NCBI GenBank assembly: GCA_002104945.1
Contig: MCFH01000028.1
Span: 611,935 to 675,934, forward strand
Direction: 5' to 3'
Source of the DNA: Piromyces finnis finn
Lineage: Eukaryota; Fungi; Neocallimastigomycota
Length of the DNA: 64,000 bases
This document shows positions 34,124 through 47,970 of the stretch, piece after piece (position 1 is the stretch's first letter; every line of letters starts with the position of its first letter). The position numbers and the translations under genes were made by a program. The notes under the pieces were generated by a model. That model saw nothing but the letters and a program-made list of their open reading frames with translations, ran no database searches and was not told the DNA's origin.

Positions 34124-37100
34124 AAAAAAAAAAAATATTTAAAATTGGACTTCAAGGGACGAAGTCCAAACTAAGGCGGGATGTCTTGGTACACCACATT
34201 CAGAAAAATGCAATAAATCCATATATTTGGTAAATGAAATAACCCTTATAATATATATGGATTTAAATATTTTTATTTGAGAAATTTATATAACGATAGT
34301 AATAATAAGAATAGTAAATTAAATTAAATTAAAAACTTATAAATAATTTATTAAAGTAAAATAAACTTTTTATAATTTAATATAAGGATGATAAAAATAT
34401 AATTATATAAGGAAGAGAAAGACGCGTATATATATATAAAAAGGGAAGAGTTTTTAGTTTTAGTTAGTTTTTAGTTAGTTTATATTAATTATATTATAAA
34501 TAAAATAAAGATAAGGTGATAATAATAGAAGAATAAATAATATTATTGTTAGATTTAGTGAAGGAATTAATAATAATATTAGTTTATTTTCTAAGATTAT
34601 ACCTATTTTTAAAAAACAAATAATAATATAAAATAATAATAAATAATACTTATAAATAATAAAACTTGTAATAAAAATAATAAAATAATAAATAAAATAA
34701 TAAAATAATATATAATAAAAAATATTCATCTAGAATATAAATTTGTTATTTATAACTGTTGTAGTGTCCCAAACAATAAAGAAAAAGGTACTTATAATAA
34801 AATTCTGTACCAAAAATGATACGCTACTCACATAAAAACATGATAAAAACTAGCTGAATAAACACTCCTTAACCCATAGTAACTTATAATAAAAATAAAC
34901 AATAATAACCCTTAAAGATGAATGAATAATAATTTTATGAAAATATAACCCTTTCTTTAAATAAATAATATTATCTTTATTATATAATAAATTCTGAGTA
35001 AAAACGACCTAATAGTGATAATAATAAAATAAATTATTAAATATAATAAATTATTAAATAAAATAAAACGACTTAATCCAATAATGTACTAAAATAATAA
35101 AATAATAATAAATAAATAAAAATGAATAAATAAACTAAAAATAAAATGATATACATCAAATTATTAATTCTAGTGTTTATCCAAGTGTTCTTTAGAAATT
35201 CTCTTAAACTTATAAATTAAAAAAATAACTAATTGAGTAATTATTACTAAAATGATAAACATAAAACCTGGAAATAGAACAATAATAACAATTCCAAAGA
35301 TAAAATACAGAACTCTTTTATGTTTCTGTATAAAATGAGTGTTTATAATAATTGATACTTTTAATATTTTAATTTCATTTTAATTTTATTTTAATATTAT
35401 TTTAATTTTAAATTTTAATTATTTTATTCAAGGTATTATACATTTAATGATAGTCAATGATAATTTATAATAATTTTTCTAAATTTAAACATTTTGAAGT
35501 AATAAGAAAATCAAATAAGTAATATTCTATAATATTTTATAATACTAAGACATAATTTTAATTTATTCTTTTAATTTTAATAAATAATAACAATAGTAAT
35601 AATAACATTTAATAGTTAAAAATAATAATACATGTAATAAATGAAAATGTATAAAAGGAAGATAAAATTCTTCTTTATAAAGGGCGGACAATAAATAGAG
35701 AATAAAAAGACCATAAACAGATAATAAATAAATTATAAAATATAATAAAGATTTAATTTAAAACATAATAAGAGTTTATTTTCGAGTTTTGAGTGATTTA
35801 TTTGTTAATTATAAAACATATTTTATTTTATTTTAAATTTATTGTTTCATCATTATAATATAGAATTTATTATTTATTAAAAACATTATATTATTCACAA
35901 ATATATCGGTCAACGCATCAAAAATTTTGGGCTACTTTCAGAAAAATATAATAAAAACAAATTAATAACAATACAATCTAACCCTATCAAAATTACAATT
36001 CATTATTGAATTAGAAGTTTAATACCTAAATCTTTTTTATTTCTGTATTAGTGTTAACAATTGATAATTCTAAGTATTTTAATTTTTTTATGTTCAATTT
36101 TTTTTTAATAGTGTATTAATTCTAAAATTTTATTTTATTTAAAGTATAGATTTAGTGATTGTGTACAATAATTTTGTTTAATGAAATATTGTAATACTAT
36201 ATGGATGTTAAAAAAAAAAATAATAATACTATAACTAAATTTTAAATCAATCAATAATAATAATATTTAATAATTAAAATAATAATAAAAATGAATAAAA
36301 GAAAAATAAATCTTTTTCTTTATAAAAACAGAAAATAAATATAAAAAAATATAATAAAATGGTAATATAGTGATAAAATATAATTTATTTTGAGAGATTT
36401 TTTTATTAATTATAAAACATATTTTATTTTTTCAAAACTATATCAGTCTTCGTATCAATGTTAATAACAGAATGATAGTTATATACTAGTTTTTTAAAAT
36501 TAGTTTTTTGCTACTTTATATTATTATATATGGAAAGCCGTTGTAAGAGCTTTAACAGTATCTATTATTTTATTTATTTTTATAATACATATAGTTTTAT
36601 TATTTAGTAATATTTCTATAGAATAATGGTACTAGATTTATTTTAAAAATATTTTATTAATTAAATTTTAAATAATTTTTTTTCTTTATACTCTATAAGT
36701 TTTTTTTTAAACTATCTACTAATGTTAAATTTATAATAAATTTATAATTATTATATATAAATATAATAAAAAACAAAAATTATTATTAAACCTAATTTTA
36801 AAGTTATCCCTAAAGCAACTCTAAATTAATCTTATAATTATTTATCATTACCAAAATAAAGTGTTTAAAATTAATCCTTAACACCACCGATATTTTGATT
36901 ATTGAAAGAAAATAATAAACTTTAACTAATCTAGAAAATACATATTTTTTTTTCTGAAAAATAATTGAAAATTACAAATAGAGGGATTTTTACAAATGCA
37001 AGAAAATTCTGTAAGTCGTTATTTTAAATAACATTATTAAGAAAGTCATATTTTTCTTTTATTTGATACAATTCCTGAACTTGATGTTATGACTCAAATC

Positions 37101-37289
37101 TATTATTATTAATCAAAAATTATTATTGTAAAAACCATTTTTTCTTTTTTTTTTTTTTTTTGTATTGTAATAATTCATTAAACCTAATATTAATCATATA
37201 ATATTTTTCATTAAAATATTTAAACAAACCTATTTTAATTATTAAACAAATTTAAAATTAAATAAAATGTTCTTATAATTATTATTAGT

Positions 37290-37333
<44 letters not shown>

Positions 37334-37594
37334 AAATAAAATGAAGAGTATTTATTAAAATAAAATATATATATATATATAAAGTATTAATCCTATGAAT
37401 ATTTGAAATATTTAAATTTGATAAAGTTAACTTTTTCAATTTAAATATTTATTGCAATTTTATTTTAAAAATCAATTTTTAATAAAATTTATTTAAATCA
37501 CAAAAGATAAAACTAATTAAAGAAGTTGAAAGTAAAATAAATAAAAATTAAGAAAAATAATTGATAAAATAATCTTGTTAATAATTAATTAAAT

Positions 37595-37684
37595 GAAATA
37601 AGCAGTTACAAAGAGATTTTCAAAGCAAATGATAAACAAAAATGGATAAATGCAACTATATCTGAATTTATTTGTATGAAAAAA
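37595..37684 (+). pseudogene. Decayed Ty1/copia RT N-terminal fragment
   Basis: Translates as EISSYKEIFKANDKQKWINATISEFICMKK, resembling the copia EPxSYxEA...W..AM..E motif. Confidence 0.45.
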
Positions 37685-38163
37685 AAAAAAAATATATATA
37701 TATATATATATAAAATATATTAATATTAATATATCAAAGTCATTATTTAATATCATTAATACCATTAATACAATGTTATCCCTTAAATTACATTAATTGC
37801 TTTTTTCGTGTTTAATATATATCTACATTTTTATTGTTTTAAATATATAGTTTAAATTTATAAAATATTTCGTTATATCTTGTAATAAACTATATTTTTA
37901 TTTTTTTTGACTTTGGTAACATGTAACTTTATTAATAGTTTAATTTTAATTAAAATATACTATATTTCTTTAAAAATATTTTTTTTTTAAACATGAAATA
38001 AAATAAAAAATAAAGTATATAAAAAGTTAAAATGAAATATAATTTAATAAAAAGGAAACTACATAGTAAGTATCTGCCAAATCTTTCCAATACAAGATGT
38101 TAATTTCTTGTGGATTATTATTATTCTTTAGTCCTGTATTAAAACTCTTCATTGCCTTATCCT

Positions 38164-38174
38164 TTCGATGTTGA

Positions 38175-38229
<55 letters not shown>

Positions 38230-38739
38230 GGCATCAAATATTTTAAACTTTATTATTAATTTAATTAAAATTATAATACATGTAATAAAAAAATTAAATA
38301 TAAAAATAAAAAAAAAAAATATGTTTAAATAAACACAAATGAATAAAAATTGGGTATAATGTATTCTAGTAATTTTAATTAAAGTAAGAAAGCCACTATC
38401 ATACTAAAGTATAATAATTGTATTTGACTTCCAATGGGACACCGAGCCAAAGATCAAAATTTTATCATGGAACAAAATTATGATCTCCATTGGTTGCGCT
38501 GGCCCTCCTGGCCTGTCTTACTGTTTCTTCAGCATTGACGCTCTTGGATGTTGCTTCAAATCTTTTGAACATTGACCATTGCTGGCCAATAGCAAAAGGC
38601 ATGATTTTGGTTAGAAGTTCCGCGGTTACCGTCAAGAATGGTGTTCCTTCGTTAGTACCAGATTGAATCTGACGCTTACAAAGTTCTTTCCATTCCCTTG
38701 AATTGTAATTAATATTGTTAAATCTTCGATGTTGAAGCT
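38164..38739 (-). mobile_element. 5'-truncated non-LTR retro-insertion (LINE 3' end or retrocopy) with poly(A) tail and 15-bp TSD
   Basis: Direct repeat TTCGATGTTGAAGCT at 38164-38178 and 38725-38739. Poly(T) about 48 nt (38179-38226) abuts the left copy. A start-less frame is open on the minus strand at 38722-38465 (85 aa), followed by an AT-rich 3' UTR. Confidence 0.78.
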
Positions 38740-39296
38740 CTTAACAACGATTGCTATAAGTTGTATCCATGGTACATTTTACTACTTATACAAATTAATC
38801 ATTGTGTAAAAGTCACAAATCACAAATCAGTATGATATTCCACAAGTCTTTCAATATATAATAATAGGAAAAAAGACTCTTTTGAAGAAGGTTGAAAAAT
38901 AAACCCCAATAAATATATATAACATTTTTTAAAAGAATAGAGCCATCATTTAAAAAACTTTTTTCTAATAAAATTTACAAAAATACAATTTTTATAAAAA
39001 AGTTAAATATATTTTTTTTAAATATTTTATTTTATTTTTCTTTTTCTATGTATTTTTTCTTTTCTATATATTTTTGTTGATAATTATTATTTCATAATAT
39101 TTATTTTTAATAGTTTATTTTCTTTTTCTATAATACTTTTTATATATATATATTTTATTTTAATAAATACTCTTTATTTTATTTATTATATATAGATAAA
39201 ATAAAATAAAACTAAAAAAAAAAAAACTACTAATATTTATATTGTAATATAATTAATAATTATGTTATTATTAAATGTGCTAATATGTTTATTTTC

Positions 39297-40633
39297 TTAA
39301 TTATCTGGTAAATTTTCTAAATAACCGATACCACTATGATTTGAATTAACACCTTCACTAATATCGGAGTTATTTGGTGAAAGACAACGGAATTCAGTAT
39401 TACCAAGATTTAAGTAACGATAGTCTCCTTGTTGAGGTACTAAATTTTGTCCTTGACTAATTTGAGCATTTATATTAATTGGACTGTTCATATTTATTGG
39501 GCTATTCATATTTATTGGACTTAAGTTTCCTGGACTTAAATGGTTATTATAATCATCTTCACTAGTTTGCATAATTGATGTTAATGGACTTTCTATACCA
39601 TTAGTAGTAATAGAAACAGTTTGAAGATTATCATTACTACCAACAATGAAAGGTGAACTAGTAGTAATATGGTTTTCATTTAAGTGAGGTGAGGTAATAC
39701 CACCTGGATACTTATTTTCTGGAACATTTAATAAGTTATTATTTGGGGCTCTGACATAATATTTAACTTTATTTTTTAAAATATTTTATCATTAGTACTA
39801 TGTTTATTTTATAATAACAATACTTTTTTTTTTTTAAAAAAATAAAATTCTTACATTTTTCATCGGTATAATTCTTTAAGTTTTCAATCATGTTATTTAA
39901 AATACGATTATCTTCTTTAACTTTGTATAAATCTTCTTGTAAATGCTTTACATATATAAATAATTCATTGTATTTATTTTGTAAATCATAAAATTGTGCT
40001 TGAATACCGTTATCTTTTTCGTTTGCTTTACGTTTGATATTAATAAGTAATTGAGGTTTATCACGGATAAAGTTTTCGTTTTCAAATTCCCAAATTTGTT
40101 GTTCTTCACCTTTAGCACTTTTTGAATTTGCATTTTTAACTTTGTGGAAATTGTACATATTAAGTTGTCTTACAAAACTATTGAAATTATTGGTCTTAAA
40201 ATCTATAATTTAAAAAATATTTACATTAATAATCAAAGTCTATTTTTATATAAATTTATGGAATATAAATATATTTACATTTTGGTAATATGACTTGTGA
40301 GAATGTTTCAGCATCCTTAACAATGAAAGATGTACCAGATTGATTCCATGAAATTAAATTGGAATTAGTCATATCATTTAATATTTCGCTATTTATAAAA
40401 CATTTAAACTTTAGTTTATTTATTCCATACAAATTAAGTAAACTATTATTTACTTACACAAGCTTTCCAACAAATTGTCTTTGTGATCCAGGTGAACTTG
40501 GACATGAAGTATTTGGACTTGGTGGACATAATAAATGTGTTTCATTTAATTTTTCTTGAACTTGACTAATTGATTTTTGATTGGAATCCCAATTCATATT
40601 TTGTTGTTGTTGTTGTTGTTGTTGTTGTTCCAT
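39297..40633 (-). CDS. Heat shock factor (HSF-type DNA-binding domain) transcription factor, 4 exons, about 367 aa
   Basis: Exons 40633-40458, 40388-40279, 40202-39855 and 39766-39297 have GT-AG introns and total 1104 nt. Motifs FVGKL, ISWNQSGTSFIV, YFKTNNFNSFVRQLNMYNFHKV, WEFENENFIRD, then a coiled coil. Confidence 0.9.
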
Positions 40634-42896
40634 TGTGTTTATATTCTAATTATGCATAATTTTAATGTTGAATATAATATATGTTAATAATTTTATTATT
40701 TTTTTAATATTACTATTTGTTAAATAATATTTTAATGATCAACTTTAATTGTATTCTTTTATTTCTACTTACTTTTATATTTAATGTTTATTATATTACA
40801 ATAATTTTATTTTAATAATTTTATAATTTTTATATTTTATATTTATTTTATTTTTTTAATTAAAGGATTTCGAATATCTTAATAAAAAATAAAAATAATA
40901 TTTTCTAAATTTCTTCTTTTTTATGATTTTAATTTTAAAATTGTTATTTATTTCTATATTTTCTTTCTTTTTTATTTATAATTTTTGTTTTATTGTGTTT
41001 TGTTTTAATAAAATTTGCTTTTTTTTTTTATATTTTTATATGTTTTTTTTTTTTCTTTTTATAAAGAATTGTTTAATTTATATAATATATAAATTTAATA
41101 ATAATGTTTTTAATTAGTATACTTTTTTTTTATTTTTCAAAGAAAAAAAATTATAGAACTTCTTACTTCTTTTATATATTTGTGGACAGTGAAAAAAAAT
41201 TTTTTTTTCTTTTTTGGTAGGAGTATGATAAATAAATAATAAATTAATATTTAATAAATTTTTTATTTTTATTATTAATTATAGTTTATTATAATTTTTT
41301 TTTAATAGTAAATATATTTTTATATAATATTAATAATATAATAAGTAATTATATATAATTAATTTCCTTTTTTATATATTTATATAATAAAAGTATAAAG
41401 AATATTATTGTTTATATATTCATAATATATGAACCAATTTATTAGTAGTTATTCTATATTAATTTTTTTTTGTTTTATAAATGTATTAAAATGTATTATT
41501 TATATATGAATTAAAAATATTAATATTTTTATTATAAAATAAGGTTTATTATCAACTCAAATAAATAATATTAAAAAAATTTAAATTAATATATGAACAT
41601 TTCAAAAAAACAATATATCAATTTATATACAAACTAAGTCTCTATTTTCTATTTATTTATAAAATCAAATTTATAATGTCAATGTATTATTATATAATTT
41701 ATTAATATTTTATACTTAAATAATCTATTATATTTAATACATTTTATTTCATAATGTACAATGACCTGTATTGTACATTATTGTGCTAATTTAATATAAA
41801 AACTTAAATTTTATTGGTTAAATACATTACTTTAAATTATAATAATTATAATTAAATTCACATCCACTTTAAGAGGGACAAACAACCAACTTTACACTTT
41901 CTTTTTTTAATTTTATTTTGATGAAAGTAAAGAAGTTGCTATAGATTTTATTGATAAAATGAAATATACATTTTATTCTTATTTTAATTATTATACATTT
42001 TATTATTTATTTAGGCATTTTTTATTTGAATACAATCAATATAACAAAAAATTTTATTTTTATGATATTGTAATAATAAAGTTACTTTTAAACAGTTCAA
42101 GTTTTGTTATTGGAAACACAATATTTTACCGAGTTTCTTAATAAATTAAAATCGTTAAAATGCTTATAAATTATAAATGTGGATTGAAACAAAGAAAAAA
42201 AAAAAAAAAATAAAAACTATATAGAATAAAAAGAGAATTCTTTTTATATTTAAGATAATTAAACTTTTAAAGTTTTATTAATGATAGGATGATATATAAA
42301 AGTTAATTAATATCACCTTAATTATACATATTTTTAAATACAGTACAAAATTTTAAAAATATATATATAATTAAAAATTAAAATAAATTGAATCAAATAA
42401 TAAAAATGATGTTATTTGTATTATAATGAAATTTATAATGTTATATTGTAAAAGTTAAAAATGTATTTAATAATATAGAATACTATATAATTAAACATAT
42501 TTGGATATACTAAACTTTTTATTTACTTTTGTATATATATATTTTTTTAAAAAAAATTGTGAAAACTTTATTTAAATTATATAAATATAAATGAAAACAG
42601 TCTAATATCATTAATGATATTATACATATGGTATTCGATTATTCTAAACAAATTAAAAGCTAATGAAAAAAAAAAAAAAAACTTTTCCCCTTGTAACATT
42701 TTTAATTCACTTAATAATATAGATAGGTATAAATTCTAATAGACTAAATCAATTTTCCTTTTTTTTTTTTTAGTTATCTTAAGAGTCTAGTAAATGGATG
42801 AATTTTCAATATGTCAAATTATTTAGTTAAATATTACTTTTTTGTTCGTAACACTTTTAATGATTATACTTTTATATTTTTTTAAACTAAATTAGT

Positions 42897-43108
42897 TTAT
42901 AAAAATAATCCAAAGAATTGAATATCTTCATCAAAAATTTGACATTGAACAATAAATGAATAAATATCAATTACTGTTGCTGCCCAGTATAAATTTTCCT
43001 TACAAATGTTGTTGTCATATTGAGTGTAATATGGTTCAAAATATTGTTGGAAAATTTCATTTAATTCATCAATTCCATCACTAATAAAATTTATGAATGA
43101 ATAGTTTG

Positions 43109-43151
<43 letters not shown>

Positions 43152-45792
43152 AAGACTAGTTAATTTATTTCATAAAAATAGATGGGATAATATTTTGAAT
43201 ATTCATATAAATATTTATTAATATATAAAAAAAATTTAAAATTTATTTACCTTGTATATTGCTCAATAATTTTCTTTTCTACATTTTCATCATCACCAAG
43301 AAGATTTTTAAAGTCTGGCTTATTACGATTAATCATTAAATAAAACATAAATAAGGAATCTTCATCCCATTCAATATTAACTTCAGGTTTCTGAAGAATC
43401 TCTGAAAAAGTTTCATCATTCATAATCTTTTCAAAACTTATAATATGACTGTCTTCTAATAATTCTTTAAGTTTACTTTCAACCAAGATTCTAGCTTCTC
43501 TTAATAATTTTAATTGTCCTAAAAAAAGGTCATAATAAAACATATTAAAGAAAAAAATATTTAATAAAGAGAAAACAAAATAAAATGTTAAATATATATA
43601 TATAAATGAAATTCAAATGAAAATAAATATTATAATTATTGTATAAATATATCTATTTAATTATATTTCATTACCTTCTCTATAGATAGTGGCCATTGGA
43701 TTGGCTTTAATATTTGGATATTTTTTAATGTTAATCTTACGAGAATTTACAATTTTATTTTCTTTAGTTTGCAATAAATGTTTTAAGGTAGTAAGCATTA
43801 CAACTTCATTTCTTAAAGATATTCTTTCCATAATTACGGTTTTACGTGCTTCAGGTAATTCTTCTTCAGTAATGCTATTTATCTTTTTTTCGTAATTTAT
43901 TAATTCCCATTCATTCATAACTAAAACTCGTACCATATTTAATAATTTATCGGATAATTTTTTTTCAACTAAAATATCTCTTGCATGGAGAAAATGTAAT
44001 AAAAAAATATTATCAAGTTTCTCTAAAATTTTTGATTTACGATCAACTAATGGATCCATACCAGTATTCACTTTTACACGGCAATAATCATCAGGGTTAT
44101 TTTCTATACAGAAACCATAACCCATTAAAAATTCCTATTAAAACAATAATGTACATGCAATTTTTAGTTAAACACCAATATTTTTTTGCTAATTTTTAAA
44201 TAATAATTATAAAAAAAAGTTTAAAAAAAGTTTATTATTCCCCCTTTTCTTTTATTCTTATTCTATGTACCTCATTTCCTTTTGGACCATAGTTATTAAA
44301 ACATTCAGTTTCTGCTTTTAAATCTTCATCAGTAATGAAATGAACCATACCATTTTCAACTTTCCATGTAATTTTCTGACCACGACGATGATTTAACATA
44401 TCAATACCTGGCCATAAACAGAAATTACATTTTTCGACTTCTGGATTACCAATCGAAAATTCTTCTTTTGCATTAATTTTTATCATATCTTTAATAGATG
44501 TTTTTTCATCAGGATTGTTGTTATCATTATTATTATCTTTGTCTTTTTTGGTTCTAGTAGCACGACTTGGAAAACCACGACTATAAATTGAAGAATAAGC
44601 CCATAAAAAGTTTTTCCTTATTAAAGAAATTGATGATATTTTATTTTTAATTTTTTTTTTGATATTAAAAATTTTTTGTTGAAGAAATTGAATATTTATT
44701 ATCATATAATTAATAAACATTGATATATTTTAAATTATTATTATTATTTTTTATTATACAATTAATGTACATATACAATTAATATATACAATTTTTAATT
44801 TTAATTTCATAAAATTATTGTATAAAAATAAACTAAATAATAATTACCAGTTTAAAGCATTTGATGATTCAAATAAATTAGTGTTTTTACAAGCTTCTTC
44901 AATTACATTATATTCTGATTTTAATATCTTTTTTCTTTCTGTAATGTAATAGGCAAGGTTAGTTTCATCTAATTCAAGTTGAATTTGTTCTTCGGTCCAC
45001 CATATAGGATCATCATATTCCTCGGGAAGAGTCCATAAATATCTACTGAATGGTGACTTTTCTTTTGTTTCAAATTTTTCATAAATAAGAAATGAACATA
45101 AATAAATACGTCCTGAAAGTGTTAAATCTTTAACTTCATTAGGTTGGTTTTCTAAATATTTTGTAATTGTACGACCGATAATAGAATCTTCAGCTTTTTC
45201 TTGAGTAATAATTAAAGATTGAGGTATAGAAGCGATTGTTTCCCCAGATTTAAGGTCTTTCTTTAATACTGCATATCTATTAACTAGTTTTATTCCAAGG
45301 CATATTTAAAATTGAAAATATTATACCATTATATATGTTATATATAATTTTTTTTTAAGTAATTCATTTTTTTAGCAATTTTTATTAAAAAATTCATTCA
45401 ATTAATTTAATATATATATTTTATTTTAAACAAAATTTAAATAATTTATGAATAAATGTTATATTGTTATTATAATAATAAGTTGACATTTGAATTTAGA
45501 ATTTAATTTTACATTTATAAAGGATTTAAAAAAATATACAATTATATAAAAATTTAAATTCAATTTTCATAAAATAAAAATAAATATAATTGATATAAAA
45601 GTATTCATATTTATACATACATTCTGTTAGATATTTTAAATATATATTTTCCATATGAGCTCCATTTTCGTTTAACCAGGTTAAAAATGCATTAATATCA
45701 GCTAAATTGTTAACATCACACTTTTGAATTTTAGTTTTATTTTTTTGGTCAGAAGTTTCTGTTACTTCTGAAATTTCTCTTTTATTACTCAT
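42897..45792 (-). CDS. SET-domain protein lysine methyltransferase (SETD3/SETD4/Rkm-like, Rubisco-LSMT type), multi-exon
   Basis: FLTWLNENGA, LWTLPEEYDDPIWW, FLWAYSSIYSRGF, PGIDMLNH, FNNYGPKGNE and LMGYGFCIENNPDD across spliced exons. Confidence 0.88.
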
Positions 45793-45957
45793 TTTATTTA
45801 TTTATTTACTAACTATTTATGAGTGATAATATATATTATAAAATACTTAATAAGAGGCTTTTTTTTTTTTTGTCTAAAAGTATTACACTTTAAAAAGATA
45901 ATTATAACTCAACCTTTTTTTATACTTTTTAAATTTCAAAAAAAAAAAAAAAAAATC

Positions 45958-45990
<33 letters not shown>

Positions 45991-46382
45991 ATTTATTAGC
46001 CAATAAAAATTCAGTTTATAATTTAATTAATTCTAATTAAAAATAAAATAAAATTTTGTTTTTATGGATTATTTATATACAAAAATTATAATTTCTAATA
46101 AAAGATTTTTTTTATTCTATATAGAGATATAGAGATGCTTAAGGATGAATATATATAATAGATATAATAGGTATTATAAAATTTTATAATTTTATTTTTA
46201 TAATTTAATTTATTTTCTTTATTTGTCTGATAAAAGTAATAGTCACTTATACATTAATATATATTAATTAGTAGTTAAAATTAAATAATAATAATAAATA
46301 ATTATTAATTTTTTTTTTAAATTTATTATACTTTGTATACTTCATAAATTTTTTTAATTTTTTAGATTTTTTCATTTTTCAT

Positions 46383-47271
46383 TTATGCTATAACATCATC
46401 TTCTTCTTTCTTGGGTGGTTTAGCATCATTTTCATCATCTGATAAAATCATATTTTCTGAATCTTTATTAATATTTTTTTCAATTTCTTTAAATTCTTCT
46501 TCCATTTTTAAAGCTTCCTTTTCTTCTTCATTTTCTTCTTCTCCTTCTGGTGTCTCTTGGACTTCTTGAGGTTGTCCTTGAGTACCTTGAGCGGCGGCTT
46601 CACCTGTAGCTGCTGGTTCTGTCTTAACCTATAAAGTATTAAAATAAAAATTAATAATTAAAACATTTATTATATATATACAGAATATATTATTTAATGC
46701 TTTTACCTCTGTATGTTCAATATCATATATGTCCTTTTCTTTTGCTCTAACAGTCTTTCTTTCCGTAATGTATTTAAGTCTCTTTTCTTCTCTTTCAAAG
46801 AAATTTTTCATTAAACTTTTCTAATAATATATTATTTAATATATTATATATATATTTAATATTTTTTTTTTTTAAATTTTTTTTTATAATTATATTTTTT
46901 TAAAAAAAATACAAACTTCATTTCTTTTTATTTTGGTCAAGTTTTTAGGTATTTCAATAACATGGAGAGTACCTTCATCATCACCACTAGCTAAAAATTG
47001 TCTATTGGTTCTATTTTTATCTATAAATTTTTCAATATATTAAATTTTTAATTTTAATAAAAATAAATAAAAAAAAAAAAAATATTATTTTTTTCTTTTT
47101 TAAAATAAAATACTTTTGTATTGATGAATTGTTAGGAAAGTAACCCCGGTACTTGAAATATTTTGACATGAGGTTGTTGCATTGGATCTAATTTAATTTT
47201 ATATATAGTTTTATTTTATAGTTTTATTATATATATATTAATATTTTATGTAGTAAATAATATAAAAATAT

Positions 47272-47318
<47 letters not shown>

Positions 47319-47937
47319 TCAAACTACCTATCAATTAAATCCCAAATTTCAATAGTTCCATCTCTTTTTCCAATAAAGAATACACCTGGTCTAGTTGGAC
47401 TCCATTCTCCGGATGTTAAATTTACGTTCGATAATGGTGAAATTAATAAAGGACCATCCTTAATATGTAAAAAAATATTTATTATATAATAAATAAAAAA
47501 TAGAAACAACAAAAACATTATTTATTATTTTAATTAAATTCTTAATAAATTTAAAATAATATAATAAAATATAATAACTTACAGCAACTCCTTCTTTCCA
47601 TATTCTAAAACCTTTTCCTCCAACACTTAATATAATTGTTGGGAAGAAAGGAGATCTCTTTATATCACAAATTGGACCATAATGTCCATCAAATACATTT
47701 TCAATTACAGAAGCTTTATATATAAATGTTGAATATATTAATGAGATTTAAATATTTGAAATTTAACTAACTATTTTCTTATATATAAATATAAAAACTG
47801 TAATTACAAGATCCTTTTTCTTCTACAGTTTCTGATGATAGCCAATTAGCATATATTAAATCACCATCCTTTATTTTTTAATTTTTTTTTAAAAAATGTA
47901 TACATATTTAATATATTTTTTCATCATCATCATCATC

Positions 47938-47970
<33 letters not shown>

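Larger units (their letters stand above)
10414..34812 (+). mobile_element. Element C: non-chromodomain Ty3/gypsy retrotransposon hosting D, E, F and a solo LTR
   Basis: LTRs 10414-11060 and 34187-34812 (TGGTAC...GTACCA) look identical by eye except for a 21-bp tandem indel. Flanks are AAAA(A)/AAAA(T). tRNA-type PBS present; PPT near 34173-34183. Confidence 0.95.

Noticed and set aside
34853-35350. Possible DNA-transposon TIR (ATAAACACTC...GAGTGTTTAT)
   Set aside because: Only 10 bp match, with no convincing TSD or transposase trace.
38040-38178. TPR-like peptide at the target site of the retro-insertion
   Set aside because: Only about 35 residues, and the upstream frames are closed; insufficient to call.
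37242-42141. Small AT-rich ORFs at 37242, 40359, 40923 and 41959
   Set aside because: They are homopolymer-driven F/I/K/Y-rich sequences or antisense to HSF, with no splice or domain support.
41751-42622. 12-bp hairpin (41751-41781) and 20-bp palindrome (42603-42622)
   Set aside because: Short and almost purely AT, so plausible by chance at this composition.
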